The notes beneath the pieces are model-generated. The model saw only the letters and a list, made by a program, of their open reading frames with translations, had not been told where the DNA came from and searched no databases. From positions 64,001 through 128,000 of the IMG/VR virus record IMGVR_UViG_3300032038_009890: a stretch of DNA of 64,000 nucleotides. One strand, 5' to 3'. How positions within the stretch are numbered: position 1 is the first letter of the stretch; the number at the start of each line of letters is the position of its first letter. Below, piece after piece: positions 23,937 to 34,241 of the stretch. The stretch comes from a virus. Taxonomy: Duplodnaviria; Caudoviricetes. Made by a program: the position numbers and the translations under genes.

Positions 23937-25991
23937 TTAAAACTTAATCTTCATAGTGCGCTCGGTTGCGCCACAAACTTTGACAACAAGCTCCGCCCTC
24001 TTAGTAGTGCTGAAACCAAGTCCAGATAACTGATCATCACAGTCCTCAACGTGTACTTTCGTGCCCATAGCTTCCATAACCTTGCGATGCGCAGGATAAA
24101 GCTCTGCGTTAAGGTACTCGTTATAGAACCCATTCGGGGCTTCAGGATTCACGCAGTCCTTCAGCATAAAGAAATAATGCTTATTTCCGCTAGGATTCTC
24201 GCCCCAATAGTTAGGAGACAAACAAATCACACTCACAGGAACAAAATCGTTAGTGGTAACTCCCCAGATATCCTTGGAAGACAAGTCAGACGACAGATAT
24301 TCCTTAATAGAGAACTGACCATTCTTATCAAGAGTCACGTCTGCAACCTTAACATCCGCACCTCCACGAGTATCCCGAGTGTAGTTGTACTGCCTAATCT
24401 CTCCGTTGTACTCAATCTCTGCCCTGAATCCGCCGTGACCACCACGCCCAGTATAGGTATTTACAAAGAACTGATAGGTTCCAATGGGCATCCTACTTAA
24501 GTCAGGCCAAGTGATATTCTCCACGGCAGGAACACCTTTACTAGGATTAATGATATCAATATCCAGATTGCCACCAGTACGGCTAAGCTTATGACCGTAG
24601 TAAATGTGCGTTCCGCCCTTCGGCTCAATACAGTGCGCATCTTCATCATTCTTATTCCATCCAGTAGGGTCATCATTCCACTGGATAGAAAATCTCAGAA
24701 CGCCGTCAACCTTACCTCCGGCAGACTTCACATTCCGCTTAATAACAGAGTCCGTTACATTTCCAGAGTAAGCCCACGAGAAGTTGTTGTTCCACTTAAA
24801 CATCGTCTTGCTCTCGGCAACAACAGGTGCAATCAGAGAGACAAAGTTCTGCTCATGCTTACTCTCAACATAAGCAAATACCTCAGTAGCAGTAGGTAAA
24901 ACATTCGCAATGAAATCCTCGATGCCAATCTCCTCAACCTTAGAAAACTTTTTGGCGGAGGTCTTAACATCTTTTGCCATACTAGCAAAGATATCATTAG
25001 CATCGGCAACTCTCTTTGCCGTGTCCCTGTTAATAAAGAGAATATCCCTGACACTGATATCATCAGCACGAGCAAATCTTCTCCTCAGAGAGTCGAGATA
25101 GCCAAGCTCCGTAATCTTCTTCTGAGCATCCTCAAGCATTCTCTTCGTAAAGATAGGCTTAGAACGCTTGTAGTTCTGCGGAGCAACAACAGCTTCGTAC
25201 TTGCGTACAGCTTCGTCTAACTCAGTCCCAGAAGAAATATCAAGAAGCAAAGTACCGATTGCCGTGTTCTTAATCCTTGCTACACTTACAGGAGTCTTGA
25301 TATTCTCCCAGACAAAATAGTTCTTCTCGGCATCAGTGGTCAGTGCATCATACTTCTTCTTAAACTGAATGAATCCCTCAACAGCTTTCTGATACTCAAC
25401 TCCACGGTAAATAGAATCTTGCTTGATAAGTTCCAGTACCGTATAGAGAGAATCCAAGGTAATCTGTTCCAACGAATTCGAAAAAGCGATCTTGGTGTTA
25501 CTAAACTCTCCCATATAAGTTCCAATGTCAAATTTGTTAACATAGAACTTATCAGGAATCTTAACAAAGAAATGGTCATACCTTATCTGCTCTCCAGATT
25601 CAGTACGCTCAAAGTCATAGTTGCAGCCGTAGCTCGGCTCCGTCTTAGCAAAAACAGACTGGATAGGTCTGGAGTCCTTGATATATGCCGACATTTCAGC
25701 ACAAACAGCGTTCCAAATCTTGTCATCCATCTGAATATCCCAGACAGATTCCAGAACACCATCCTTGATTGCAACTACATTGCCGACTTCCTTAATAAAG
25801 TGCCGACATGTAGAGCAGTCATACTCACGATTCGTGCGGTAGATAGGATTCATCTGCGGAGGGATTGCATCGAGATACCTATTCCACATCTCATCCTTAT
25901 CTACGTTGACCAAGTAAAGAGTATCCCTCTTGTCAAACATAGTTTTGAGATGTTTCTCTACTTCCTGTTTAATCTTCTTAAAATCCAGCAT
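23937..25991 (-). CDS. Large phage protein of unknown function (684 aa)
   Basis: Long ORF with SD; CSTC, APQNYKR, DEDAHC, LDIDI, AVENITW motifs. Confidence 0.85.
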   Translation of the reverse strand: MLDFKKIKQEVEKHLKTMFDKRDTLYLVNVDKDEMWNRYLDAIPPQMNPIYRTNREYDCSTCRHFIKEVGNVVAIKDGVLESVWDIQMDDKIWNAVCAEMSAYIKDSRPIQSVFAKTEPSYGCNYDFERTESGEQIRYDHFFVKIPDKFYVNKFDIGTYMGEFSNTKIAFSNSLEQITLDSLYTVLELIKQDSIYRGVEYQKAVEGFIQFKKKYDALTTDAEKNYFVWENIKTPVSVARIKNTAIGTLLLDISSGTELDEAVRKYEAVVAPQNYKRSKPIFTKRMLEDAQKKITELGYLDSLRRRFARADDISVRDILFINRDTAKRVADANDIFASMAKDVKTSAKKFSKVEEIGIEDFIANVLPTATEVFAYVESKHEQNFVSLIAPVVAESKTMFKWNNNFSWAYSGNVTDSVIKRNVKSAGGKVDGVLRFSIQWNDDPTGWNKNDEDAHCIEPKGGTHIYYGHKLSRTGGNLDIDIINPSKGVPAVENITWPDLSRMPIGTYQFFVNTYTGRGGHGGFRAEIEYNGEIRQYNYTRDTRGGADVKVADVTLDKNGQFSIKEYLSSDLSSKDIWGVTTNDFVPVSVICLSPNYWGENPSGNKHYFFMLKDCVNPEAPNGFYNEYLNAELYPAHRKVMEAMGTKVHVEDCDDQLSGLGFSTTKRAELVVKVCGATERTMKIKF

Positions 25992-26072
25992 AATTTCTCC
26001 TTAAGAGCGCATCATTTAAGATACGCCCTATTCTAGCCATCTCTGAAGTTTTCAAGGAACAGATATAACTAA

Positions 26073-27077
26073 TCAGTGAATATTTACCGTGCATCCTTCA
26101 GGGCAAATCTCATACATCTCTTCGGCAAAGCACGGGTCAAGATTTACACAGCCAAGACTTCCGCTTGTTTCGTAGATGTCCCCGCCAAAATCAGAACGCC
26201 AATTCGCATCGTGGAATCCACAGCCTCCACAGAACGGCATCCAGTAATCCACTGGTCTTCGATAGTTTTCGCCAGTCAGAACTGTGTTTTGTTCCTTACT
26301 GTAGATCGTGTACTGCCCACACGGTGTATCAGTCATTCCCGCAGTTCCTGTTACGCAATCACCAGAAAGGATAACCGTGGTTCCGCAGTAGACGTTCACG
26401 ACTTGAGCGGAGATGTCAACGTCAACCCAGATTTCTCCCTCATCATAGAAAGAGAAATATCCTTCGCAATCCTCGTCGTCGTCATAGTACTCGGCGTCCT
26501 CATATACAGGATAGCCATCATACTCAAGACGATCACAGGCCCACGGCGTAGTCTCATCATACTGGGCAGGGATAATGTCTGGCTCATACTCATAAGCAGA
26601 TTCGTCGGGACAGGTCTCCTCAGAATCCTGTTCATAATAGTATTCGCCTTGACTTCCACATCCTCCATATTCTGTTGGATGTTCATATTCATAGCAGGTG
26701 CCGCCGTAAAGATAGACACTTGCTACAGTTCCATAACAGCCAGTGGTGTAGTCATAGATGATCGTCCTCGACGGGTTATCAGGGCATTGACCTAAAATCT
26801 GCACGGAACTACCCGCGTCAACGGTACCAATAACATTCCCGCAGTCATCACGCAGGTTAGCCCAGTGGGCCATCACTGATCCTCCATTACAGACCTGATA
26901 AGTCTGACGAGGGTAATCAGCAACGCAATAATCATAATCCTCCTCCCAGTCCTCATCCCAGTCCTCGTCAAGAGGATAGATGTATTCCGGGGCACACGGA
27001 TTGTAAACCTCGGTGCAACCAAACACAGATGTCCCAACCATCAATGCGCATAACGCGCCAACAACATATTTATTCAT
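26073..27077 (-). CDS. Exported L,D-transpeptidase (YkuD-like) with SH3b-like domain and acidic linker
   Basis: Signal peptide; VDVDISAQ, CVTG...TPCG, YWMPF...GFHDANWR...GSLGCVNL. Confidence 0.85.
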   Translation of the reverse strand: MNKYVVGALCALMVGTSVFGCTEVYNPCAPEYIYPLDEDWDEDWEEDYDYCVADYPRQTYQVCNGGSVMAHWANLRDDCGNVIGTVDAGSSVQILGQCPDNPSRTIIYDYTTGCYGTVASVYLYGGTCYEYEHPTEYGGCGSQGEYYYEQDSEETCPDESAYEYEPDIIPAQYDETTPWACDRLEYDGYPVYEDAEYYDDDEDCEGYFSFYDEGEIWVDVDISAQVVNVYCGTTVILSGDCVTGTAGMTDTPCGQYTIYSKEQNTVLTGENYRRPVDYWMPFCGGCGFHDANWRSDFGGDIYETSGSLGCVNLDPCFAEEMYEICPEGCTVNIH

Positions 27078-27123
27078 GGTTTTTCCTCCTTGTGTAAAAG
27101 GTGATATTCACCTAACAATCTAA

Positions 27124-27151
27124 ATTATACGGATTTATCCCTATATGTCAA
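27124..27151 (-). promoter_or_regulatory. SigmaA consensus promoter
   Basis: TTGACA-16 nt-TATAAT upstream of the transpeptidase. Confidence 0.75.
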
Positions 27152-27721
27152 TAGTCTTCGCCTGTAAATGTTACTTCATTCATTAAGGTAACCTTCGTCA
27201 TCATCTTCCTCTTCATCATAATCATCTACATAGCGAATCGACCCATTAGGATATCTATATCCAACTATCATCCCTAGTTCTCGGACTGGATGAGAAGCGG
27301 CGTATTCGTCACAATACTCCCCATAATCCGCATCTATCTCATATAGAAAACTCATGTCTTTCCTCATGGATTATATAACAATCAAGGTCTAAGAGGTTCG
27401 CCGGGGCCTTTTGGCCCAAGTAATTCTTAATCGTTGTTGGTATATCATCCTGTTCCCAGTAGAGATAATTCTTTGGATCGATGTCTCTTATATCACACAG
27501 TAATGTTAAAGAAAAGTCTCCGCAATATCCATCACTGGTCATAATGTAATACTCTCCAACTCTTGCGATCAGACAGATATCAGGAATCATAACCTTGACA
27601 TTATCTATATCCAAGATATCATTCCCATACTCAATAATATACGGACAATATTCATATTCTATTGGCACATTTGCCAACTCTTCTTCGACATCACCTAGTC
27701 TTGTTTTAGCAATAAACGAAG

Positions 27722-28261
27722 TCAACATTTAAACAATCCTCTGGCATAATAATAAAAATAGCCATATATAAACTGCCCAGTATATTTCTTATCTTCTAGA
27801 AAAATAACTGGGATACCATATTGATGCCACATACTAAATAGACTCGCCCAAAAAGCCTTTGGCGCGAAGCCTGTATTATAATCGCCGTCTACAAGCTTAC
27901 TATAGGAGGAATTCTCAATAAGCAGAATTTTGTTTTGTGGGGCGCGGGAGAATTCGCGCTTTATTCTACTTTTATCTATGGTTATGTTTCTAGATATTTC
28001 TTCTAAGTTAGCCTTGCGTTCTACAATAATCTCAGAAGATAGGTCAATATCTTCCATAATTCCATACTCGGGAGAATTCCTGATAAGCGGAGCATAATCC
28101 CCGGCATTCAACTTGCGCCTCTCCCAAGAGATTCCTTTTTTATCAAAATACGTCAGGATATGATCGTTCTTGCCCTGCTTCTCGCGTGTATCAACAAGAA
28201 TTGTCATATTCTGAAGTATATTTTTTATCTATGTATCTGTATATCCTTTATTAAATTTCAT
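27722..28261 (-). CDS. ERCC4-domain nuclease (putative resolvase); in-frame TAG at codon 11
   Basis: ILVDTREK, KLNAGDY, IVERKANLEE motifs. SD AAGGAG precedes ATG at 28261; reads MKFNKGYTDT*IKNILQNMTILVDTRE. Confidence 0.85.
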
Positions 28262-28444
28262 CTTTATACTCTCCTTGTAACCATTTCGAAATAGCAAGCG
28301 AACATTTTTTAGCGCTACATGATCTATTACTATTTTCTTTAATGTCACAATACTCACACTGAAAAGGCTCTTGATTATCAAACTTATAAAGTAGTTTTGC
28401 AAGCTCATAATGATTAGTTGCTAATTTAAACTTCTGGAAGTTTG

Positions 28445-31400
28445 TCATGTTATCTCCCCATCTAGAATATAATATCTTTCTAACCAATACTCAAATTGAT
28501 CTGGTATGTCACGATAAATTTTTTTGCCAGTTTTAGGATTGATTTCTCCTGTTGGTTCGCGCTTGGGTTTCTTGTTGATGCTTTTAATATAGATTTCTCC
28601 CCCTACTTTAAAATCTGTTTCAATCATCTGAGAATTCCATATATTTACTTCTCTAGTCTTTCCAGAATATGGCTCATATACTTTAAGCTTTGTAACTGCT
28701 CTATTTGAATTGATATCAGTTATAAAATACTTTCTCTTATTATATGATGAGTCTTTTGATGTCGGATACCCAAGTAATTCGATTTCGTATTTAATATGTT
28801 GAGCAATTGTAGTTTTAGGTTCATGTAATCCGGAAACTAATTCTGTAATAAGCCCAATAACATCCACATCCTTGTACAGCTTATCAGTTTCTTTGCCGAC
28901 ATATTTCAAAAGACGATCTTGAGGTATTCCATACTCGGAAAGTTGTTCTTTGTTAAATTGCCTTTTCCCAGAGTACTTATTATATATCTTAACAGTCTTC
29001 AGAAGCGTATTGATATCTCCAAATTCTGAAAAGAAATCCAATTTAATAAGTATATCCAGTTGTTTGCTATTAATCGTTGTTTGTTTTTTCAAGTCTTCTA
29101 ATAGATCAACAAACGAACCATACTTATTATCTTTCAGCGAATAAATTTCTTCCGGCACAGTCATGTTAATAAACTTAATCGAGCCAAGCCCTTTGTAGAT
29201 TGTTTTCGTACTCTTATCAAATGAGTACCCACTTCTGGAGAATCTGTATTTTATACCGCTCAGTGATATTCCAAAATATTTCAGCTCATTTCTAAGTTTG
29301 TTTGTTCGTATCTCATCGTCAAGATAGTTATTAAAGCAAACCGTGTAATATTCTAGCGGATAATTAACCTTCAAATATGCTCCATAACACATGTCTAAGC
29401 TAGTGCTCGCTGCATGTGATGAGCAAAATCCGTAGGAAATACACGATTGTATCATTTGCCATGTTTCTTCAAACTTATCTTTACTGCCAGTTTTTGCAAT
29501 CCAATTTTTTTCTAATCGTTCCTCAAGATTCGAAAAGTCTTCTGGTTTGATCTTCTTTTTAGAAATCTTTTTTATCAATCCGATTGACTCAGCAGGTGTT
29601 ACTCCAAGCCATTCGAAGTATTGCATCAAATTTTCTTGGAATAAAATGTACGACTTTGTGTTTGATAGTACGAGATCTAGGTCTTTTGATCCTGTCGAGT
29701 ATGGAGTCTTGCTCAAAAATTGCTCTCGCCAAGAATCAAAAGATGGTCTTATAGCAGCGGCAATAAAAGCACCTTCTTCAAACGATGAAATTCCGTATCT
29801 CTTAGCCTGATGCATTCCATTATCTGAATCCACCTGATTCAATGTGCAAGTTAAGCCTTCTTTAAATAAATTCCAGATTCTCTGATCATCTTTAATAGAA
29901 GCAAGTAGTTCACTGGCCTTAATAATAGGTTTATGTATCAGATCAAAGGTTTCACTGATAAGTTTCCAAACCTTGACAATCAGATAATCGTTTTTTAAAT
30001 ACTTATATTCATCGGCTTCCCCAGATGTTATCATAACACATAAGAATTCTCCCATTCTCACAACACCAAATTCATAGCGAAGATCGGTGTTATAAAGAAT
30101 ATGGGCGCATGGATGTACAGATGCGCTTACGATTGTACCCACATATTTCTGTGCTTCTTGAATTATGCTCTTCCACTTAGGATCTTCCTGATACCGCTCA
30201 AGATTCTTAGCAACTTCATTGAAAGAATCAAAATCCAAACCTTTTGATCTACATACATTTCTAAACGCTTCAGATAATTGCATGGTTCCATAAGCTATCA
30301 TAGGATAACATCCATATTCACCCAACAGTTCTCTAGATGCATCTACAAAAGGCTTTTGTGATACCACGTTATAATCGATATCTGGAAGTGCTTTGTTTTC
30401 CAGTAATCTTGCGGTACTTGCAAATCTATCAGGGAATATAGGGATATTAATCCTAAATCTATCAAGCTGAGTCATACCCAAGATTCTGTTTACATAGAAG
30501 CTACCCGCACTACCACGTCCGCCCCGAGTAAGAACACCATTATATTTATTAACAGCAAGATAAACATTTTTCTCATTAAATAGGAAGTAATCAGACGTAT
30601 GAATTTCGTCATTCGTATCTCTGATCGTTTTCAGTTCATATTTGATGCCATCAATATATTTTGGTAGTTCTTCTTCAGTAATCTTATCTTCGACTTTGAT
30701 TTGCTCAAATCTTTTCCACACTTCACTTTCAAGTAAATCCATTCTTTCTGGTAAAGTCAAATCGGGATAGATCGTAGGCATTTTAATAGTCTTATCCAGA
30801 TATATTTCTTCGCATTCATCAAAGATCAATGTATTTTCTAGCGAAGATTTTATTTGATCATCGGAGAATACCCCCTGTTTCTTAAATCGAGAAAACATCG
30901 TGTCATAATCTGGGTAATCTAAGATGAATTCATCCTCTTCTCCATAATTAATATGTTTTCCTTTAAGTAATTCCAGGCGTTCCTTTTGACCAGAAGAATC
31001 AATATAATGACTATCATTTGCCGCAATTAGTTCAAGACCGAACTTTCTATGAAATTCCAATGCTTTATTGTTTATGTCGATCTGAATCTGTACGTTATGG
31101 TTCTGAATCTCAAGGAAAAGATTGTGACCAAAATGTTTATATAATGGCATGAATAATTGTTCTATTGAAATTTCATCTCTTAAAAGCCCTGCGCAACAGG
31201 CGGTGGTAATATATACATCATCTGGATCCAGATCTAATAAATCTTGAATGAATATTCTTGGCTTGTAGTAATACCCAGATATATTTGCGTGGCTAGAAAC
31301 ATAGTTTACTTTTTTTCTACTCTTATCTGTCCTTGGAATTATAATAATATGGTAATTGCTCTTATCTTTTTCCAGAGGATTAGGTACAATATATCCTTCT

Positions 31401-31603
31401 AACCCCGCAAGACATCTTATTCCATATTTATCACAAAGAGTACGGGCTTCAAAAATGTCACCCATACTTCCATGGTTTGTTGTGAAATAGTTTGTATGGC
31501 CATACTCAAGTGCCTTAATTATGTATTCTTCTTGTTTTGTATTCGTATCTGGCGTAAAGATATTAGATAAATGATCATGTTTATGATAATTATTATATCT
31601 CAT
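28445..31603 (-). CDS. dnaE: DNA polymerase III alpha subunit (DnaE-type, PHP domain)
   Basis: NYHKHDHLS, TNHG, ANDSHY, GRGSAGS, LPDID, SVHPCA, KNDYL. Confidence 0.93.
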   Translation of the reverse strand: MRYNNYHKHDHLSNIFTPDTNTKQEEYIIKALEYGHTNYFTTNHGSMGDIFEARTLCDKYGIRCLAGLEGYIVPNPLEKDKSNYHIIIIPRTDKSRKKVNYVSSHANISGYYYKPRIFIQDLLDLDPDDVYITTACCAGLLRDEISIEQLFMPLYKHFGHNLFLEIQNHNVQIQIDINNKALEFHRKFGLELIAANDSHYIDSSGQKERLELLKGKHINYGEEDEFILDYPDYDTMFSRFKKQGVFSDDQIKSSLENTLIFDECEEIYLDKTIKMPTIYPDLTLPERMDLLESEVWKRFEQIKVEDKITEEELPKYIDGIKYELKTIRDTNDEIHTSDYFLFNEKNVYLAVNKYNGVLTRGGRGSAGSFYVNRILGMTQLDRFRINIPIFPDRFASTARLLENKALPDIDYNVVSQKPFVDASRELLGEYGCYPMIAYGTMQLSEAFRNVCRSKGLDFDSFNEVAKNLERYQEDPKWKSIIQEAQKYVGTIVSASVHPCAHILYNTDLRYEFGVVRMGEFLCVMITSGEADEYKYLKNDYLIVKVWKLISETFDLIHKPIIKASELLASIKDDQRIWNLFKEGLTCTLNQVDSDNGMHQAKRYGISSFEEGAFIAAAIRPSFDSWREQFLSKTPYSTGSKDLDLVLSNTKSYILFQENLMQYFEWLGVTPAESIGLIKKISKKKIKPEDFSNLEERLEKNWIAKTGSKDKFEETWQMIQSCISYGFCSSHAASTSLDMCYGAYLKVNYPLEYYTVCFNNYLDDEIRTNKLRNELKYFGISLSGIKYRFSRSGYSFDKSTKTIYKGLGSIKFINMTVPEEIYSLKDNKYGSFVDLLEDLKKQTTINSKQLDILIKLDFFSEFGDINTLLKTVKIYNKYSGKRQFNKEQLSEYGIPQDRLLKYVGKETDKLYKDVDVIGLITELVSGLHEPKTTIAQHIKYEIELLGYPTSKDSSYNKRKYFITDINSNRAVTKLKVYEPYSGKTREVNIWNSQMIETDFKVGGEIYIKSINKKPKREPTGEINPKTGKKIYRDIPDQFEYWLERYYILDGEIT

Positions 31604-31606
31604 TGA

Positions 31607-33226
31607 TCACTCCTTAATGTGCAGCCATTGTATTATTCCCATCAGCATAAATTTTCTTCCAATATAATTCGCCTGTAGTTCTACAACAGCTTCTAATTCA
31701 TACCCAAACATAGATGCATCATCAAGTTCTTCCCAATCTCCATTGAAGTTCCATTGGACAAGATTTAATCCGCAATCACCAATATCAATTACAAGATGTT
31801 TACCTTTAGACATATTTTTGATCTCATAATCGGTAATTCCATCAAGATAAACACGAACAGGTTTGAAACCATTTCCTGAGATTCTATCAATCTTTTCAAT
31901 AAAACTAATATAATCTCTCGTAATATCCTTGACATTTGCCCAAATGTCAGCATCCATAGTTTCTTCAAACTCACCAACTTCAGGCAAAACTTTCTCCATG
32001 TAGTCGATAAATTTATTCATGTTGCTTTTTTTTATTTTAATTCCTGATGCGTTCTCGTGTCCAAAGGCTTCACCAAGTCCACTTTCGTTAATGATTCTCT
32101 GGAAGTTATCTACTCCAACCGCTCTCATTGAACCGCTGTAATAATCCGATTCTTCATTGCTAATGATTATAATCGGTCTATTGTATTTAAATACGATTTT
32201 ATTGCCCACAACACCGCTAATTCCGTGATCAGTTTTGATATATACTACCATCATCTTTTTATTGATTTGGTCCATACATTGTTTTTCGATGTCGCTCATT
32301 ATGGAATCAATTTCAAGGTTCTGCTCATCTTTGCATTTCTTGAGGATTTTAATATTTTCATTAATTACTTTTTCATCATCAGATAGAAATGCTTTTAATG
32401 CATATTCGTTCTTACCCAATCTTACACTTGCGTTTACTACAGGCCCAAGGCTAAATGAAATTGATCGTGAATTCCAACCAAAGCCACCTCCGGCGAGTTT
32501 AGCAATTGCAGGATTGTTAATTCTTTCAAGCCCCCTACTCACAATATATCTATTTTCGGGGACAGACATATCCATTAGATCACCCACGATGCCCGAAGCA
32601 CTGAGATCATACAAATCTTCTGCATAATCCGTTCCAAGAAGTTTATCCAAATATAAAACAAACTTCATACAAACTCCCGCACCAGATAATTCAGTATTTC
32701 CATAATTGCGTTGAGATGTTACAAGAGTTATCCATCTGTCATACAGTACTTTGGGGTTTATGGTATGATGATCTAAGACAATAACATCACTTACATTAGA
32801 ATCTCTTTGCACTTCTTCATAATTAAACGCTGTTGGGTCAAGTGAATCTACAATAATAAGCAAATCACAAATTTTATACTTTTCAAGATCATTCTTCTGA
32901 AGTCCATGATTCTTTGTGGGATTTATAAATGTAACCAAATCCGCATCACTGTCAAGTTTTTTCAAATACCTATAAATAATTGCGGCAGATGTAATACCAT
33001 CTAAGTCCACGTCACCAAATACTCCAATTTTCTTCTTCGCTTCAACATAGCTCAGTACTATCTGCGCCGCATTTTCAATATTTTCTAAATCTTCTAAAGG
33101 AAGCATATCTTTTATAACAGGATTCAAAAATGCTTCTTTATCTTCAATTCCTCTATCAGATAATACCTGATCGACAACCTGTCCACCAGTCATTCCTCTA
33201 CAATCTGATTTTACGTTAATTTTCAT
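31607..33226 (-). CDS. recJ: RecJ-like DHH ssDNA exonuclease
   Basis: GDVDLDGITS, IIVD, LDHH, LSGAGV, GSMR, GHENASG. Confidence 0.88.
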   Translation of the reverse strand: MKINVKSDCRGMTGGQVVDQVLSDRGIEDKEAFLNPVIKDMLPLEDLENIENAAQIVLSYVEAKKKIGVFGDVDLDGITSAAIIYRYLKKLDSDADLVTFINPTKNHGLQKNDLEKYKICDLLIIVDSLDPTAFNYEEVQRDSNVSDVIVLDHHTINPKVLYDRWITLVTSQRNYGNTELSGAGVCMKFVLYLDKLLGTDYAEDLYDLSASGIVGDLMDMSVPENRYIVSRGLERINNPAIAKLAGGGFGWNSRSISFSLGPVVNASVRLGKNEYALKAFLSDDEKVINENIKILKKCKDEQNLEIDSIMSDIEKQCMDQINKKMMVVYIKTDHGISGVVGNKIVFKYNRPIIIISNEESDYYSGSMRAVGVDNFQRIINESGLGEAFGHENASGIKIKKSNMNKFIDYMEKVLPEVGEFEETMDADIWANVKDITRDYISFIEKIDRISGNGFKPVRVYLDGITDYEIKNMSKGKHLVIDIGDCGLNLVQWNFNGDWEELDDASMFGYELEAVVELQANYIGRKFMLMGIIQWLHIKE

Positions 33227-34237
33227 TCAAATATACTCTATCTCCTCTTTCAATATCCGCTCCAACTCACTCTTTCCCAGATCACTCGGCGAATATTTCT
33301 CTTTATATCCACTCTTCTGCCAGTCCCAATAACCTACTAGAGTATCAGAGAATCTACCAAACCTCTTATACATTGTTACATTTTTCAGAATAGACTCCAT
33401 TTCATACCCTACATCATGAAGGAATATAACTTCGCGTGGCTTCGCCTCATATAGCATCTTAATCTGATTCCTACTTATACTTCCAGAACCAAGTCCGACC
33501 GCATTTCTGTAGCCAAAACTATAGCACTGCATGACAGATTTCTCGGCCTCAAAAATCAGTACCTTGCTTTCCGTCAAGTAATTATAATTAAGTGCATACC
33601 CATAAAGCGTCTTGCTACACTGACAAGGCAATGGATACCAGTACTTCTGCTCACCCTCTTCAACTGGGTGGTTTACACGCTCCTTGATACCCATCAAGGA
33701 CCCAAATTGATCTAATACGGGAATAACAACCCCGTCGTTTTCCACATCAAACCGTATATCAAAAAATTTCTGTGCCCGGAGAGATATATGGTCACGCAGA
33801 AACATTTCATTTGCAACCTTTTCATACTTACCAAGCACAGAAATATCATAAGTTTTAGGCGGAGATGACTCCGTAGGCCTCTTTATTTTATTATAGAATC
33901 CTCCAAAAGCCTTTTTCTTTTTTTCATAGAAGTATGAGTAATCACTAATACCTAACTCACTGTTTACAACGCTTATAATATCTTTAAACGTTACTCCGCG
34001 CTGTTCCATTATATAAGAAAAAAAGTCTTTATTTATATTTCTAGGATAATCAATAACATATAAGTACTGATTATTTTCTAATCTAATCACAATGCTTTTC
34101 GCAGAGGAATCCGCATCTCTACCAAAAGACATATACTTATTATTATGTATTTTAATATTGGCGTAGCCGAAATATTCCAAGACATTTTGAATGACTTCTG
34201 GAGAGTTAAGCAATTCCTCTTTGATATCTGATAACAT
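33227..34237 (-). CDS. DNA primase (TOPRIM)
   Basis: LYGY...IFEAEKSVMQ, FLHD; position between helicase and RecJ. Confidence 0.8.
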   Translation of the reverse strand: MLSDIKEELLNSPEVIQNVLEYFGYANIKIHNNKYMSFGRDADSSAKSIVIRLENNQYLYVIDYPRNINKDFFSYIMEQRGVTFKDIISVVNSELGISDYSYFYEKKKKAFGGFYNKIKRPTESSPPKTYDISVLGKYEKVANEMFLRDHISLRAQKFFDIRFDVENDGVVIPVLDQFGSLMGIKERVNHPVEEGEQKYWYPLPCQCSKTLYGYALNYNYLTESKVLIFEAEKSVMQCYSFGYRNAVGLGSGSISRNQIKMLYEAKPREVIFLHDVGYEMESILKNVTMYKRFGRFSDTLVGYWDWQKSGYKEKYSPSDLGKSELERILKEEIEYI

Positions 34238-34241
34238 TGTT

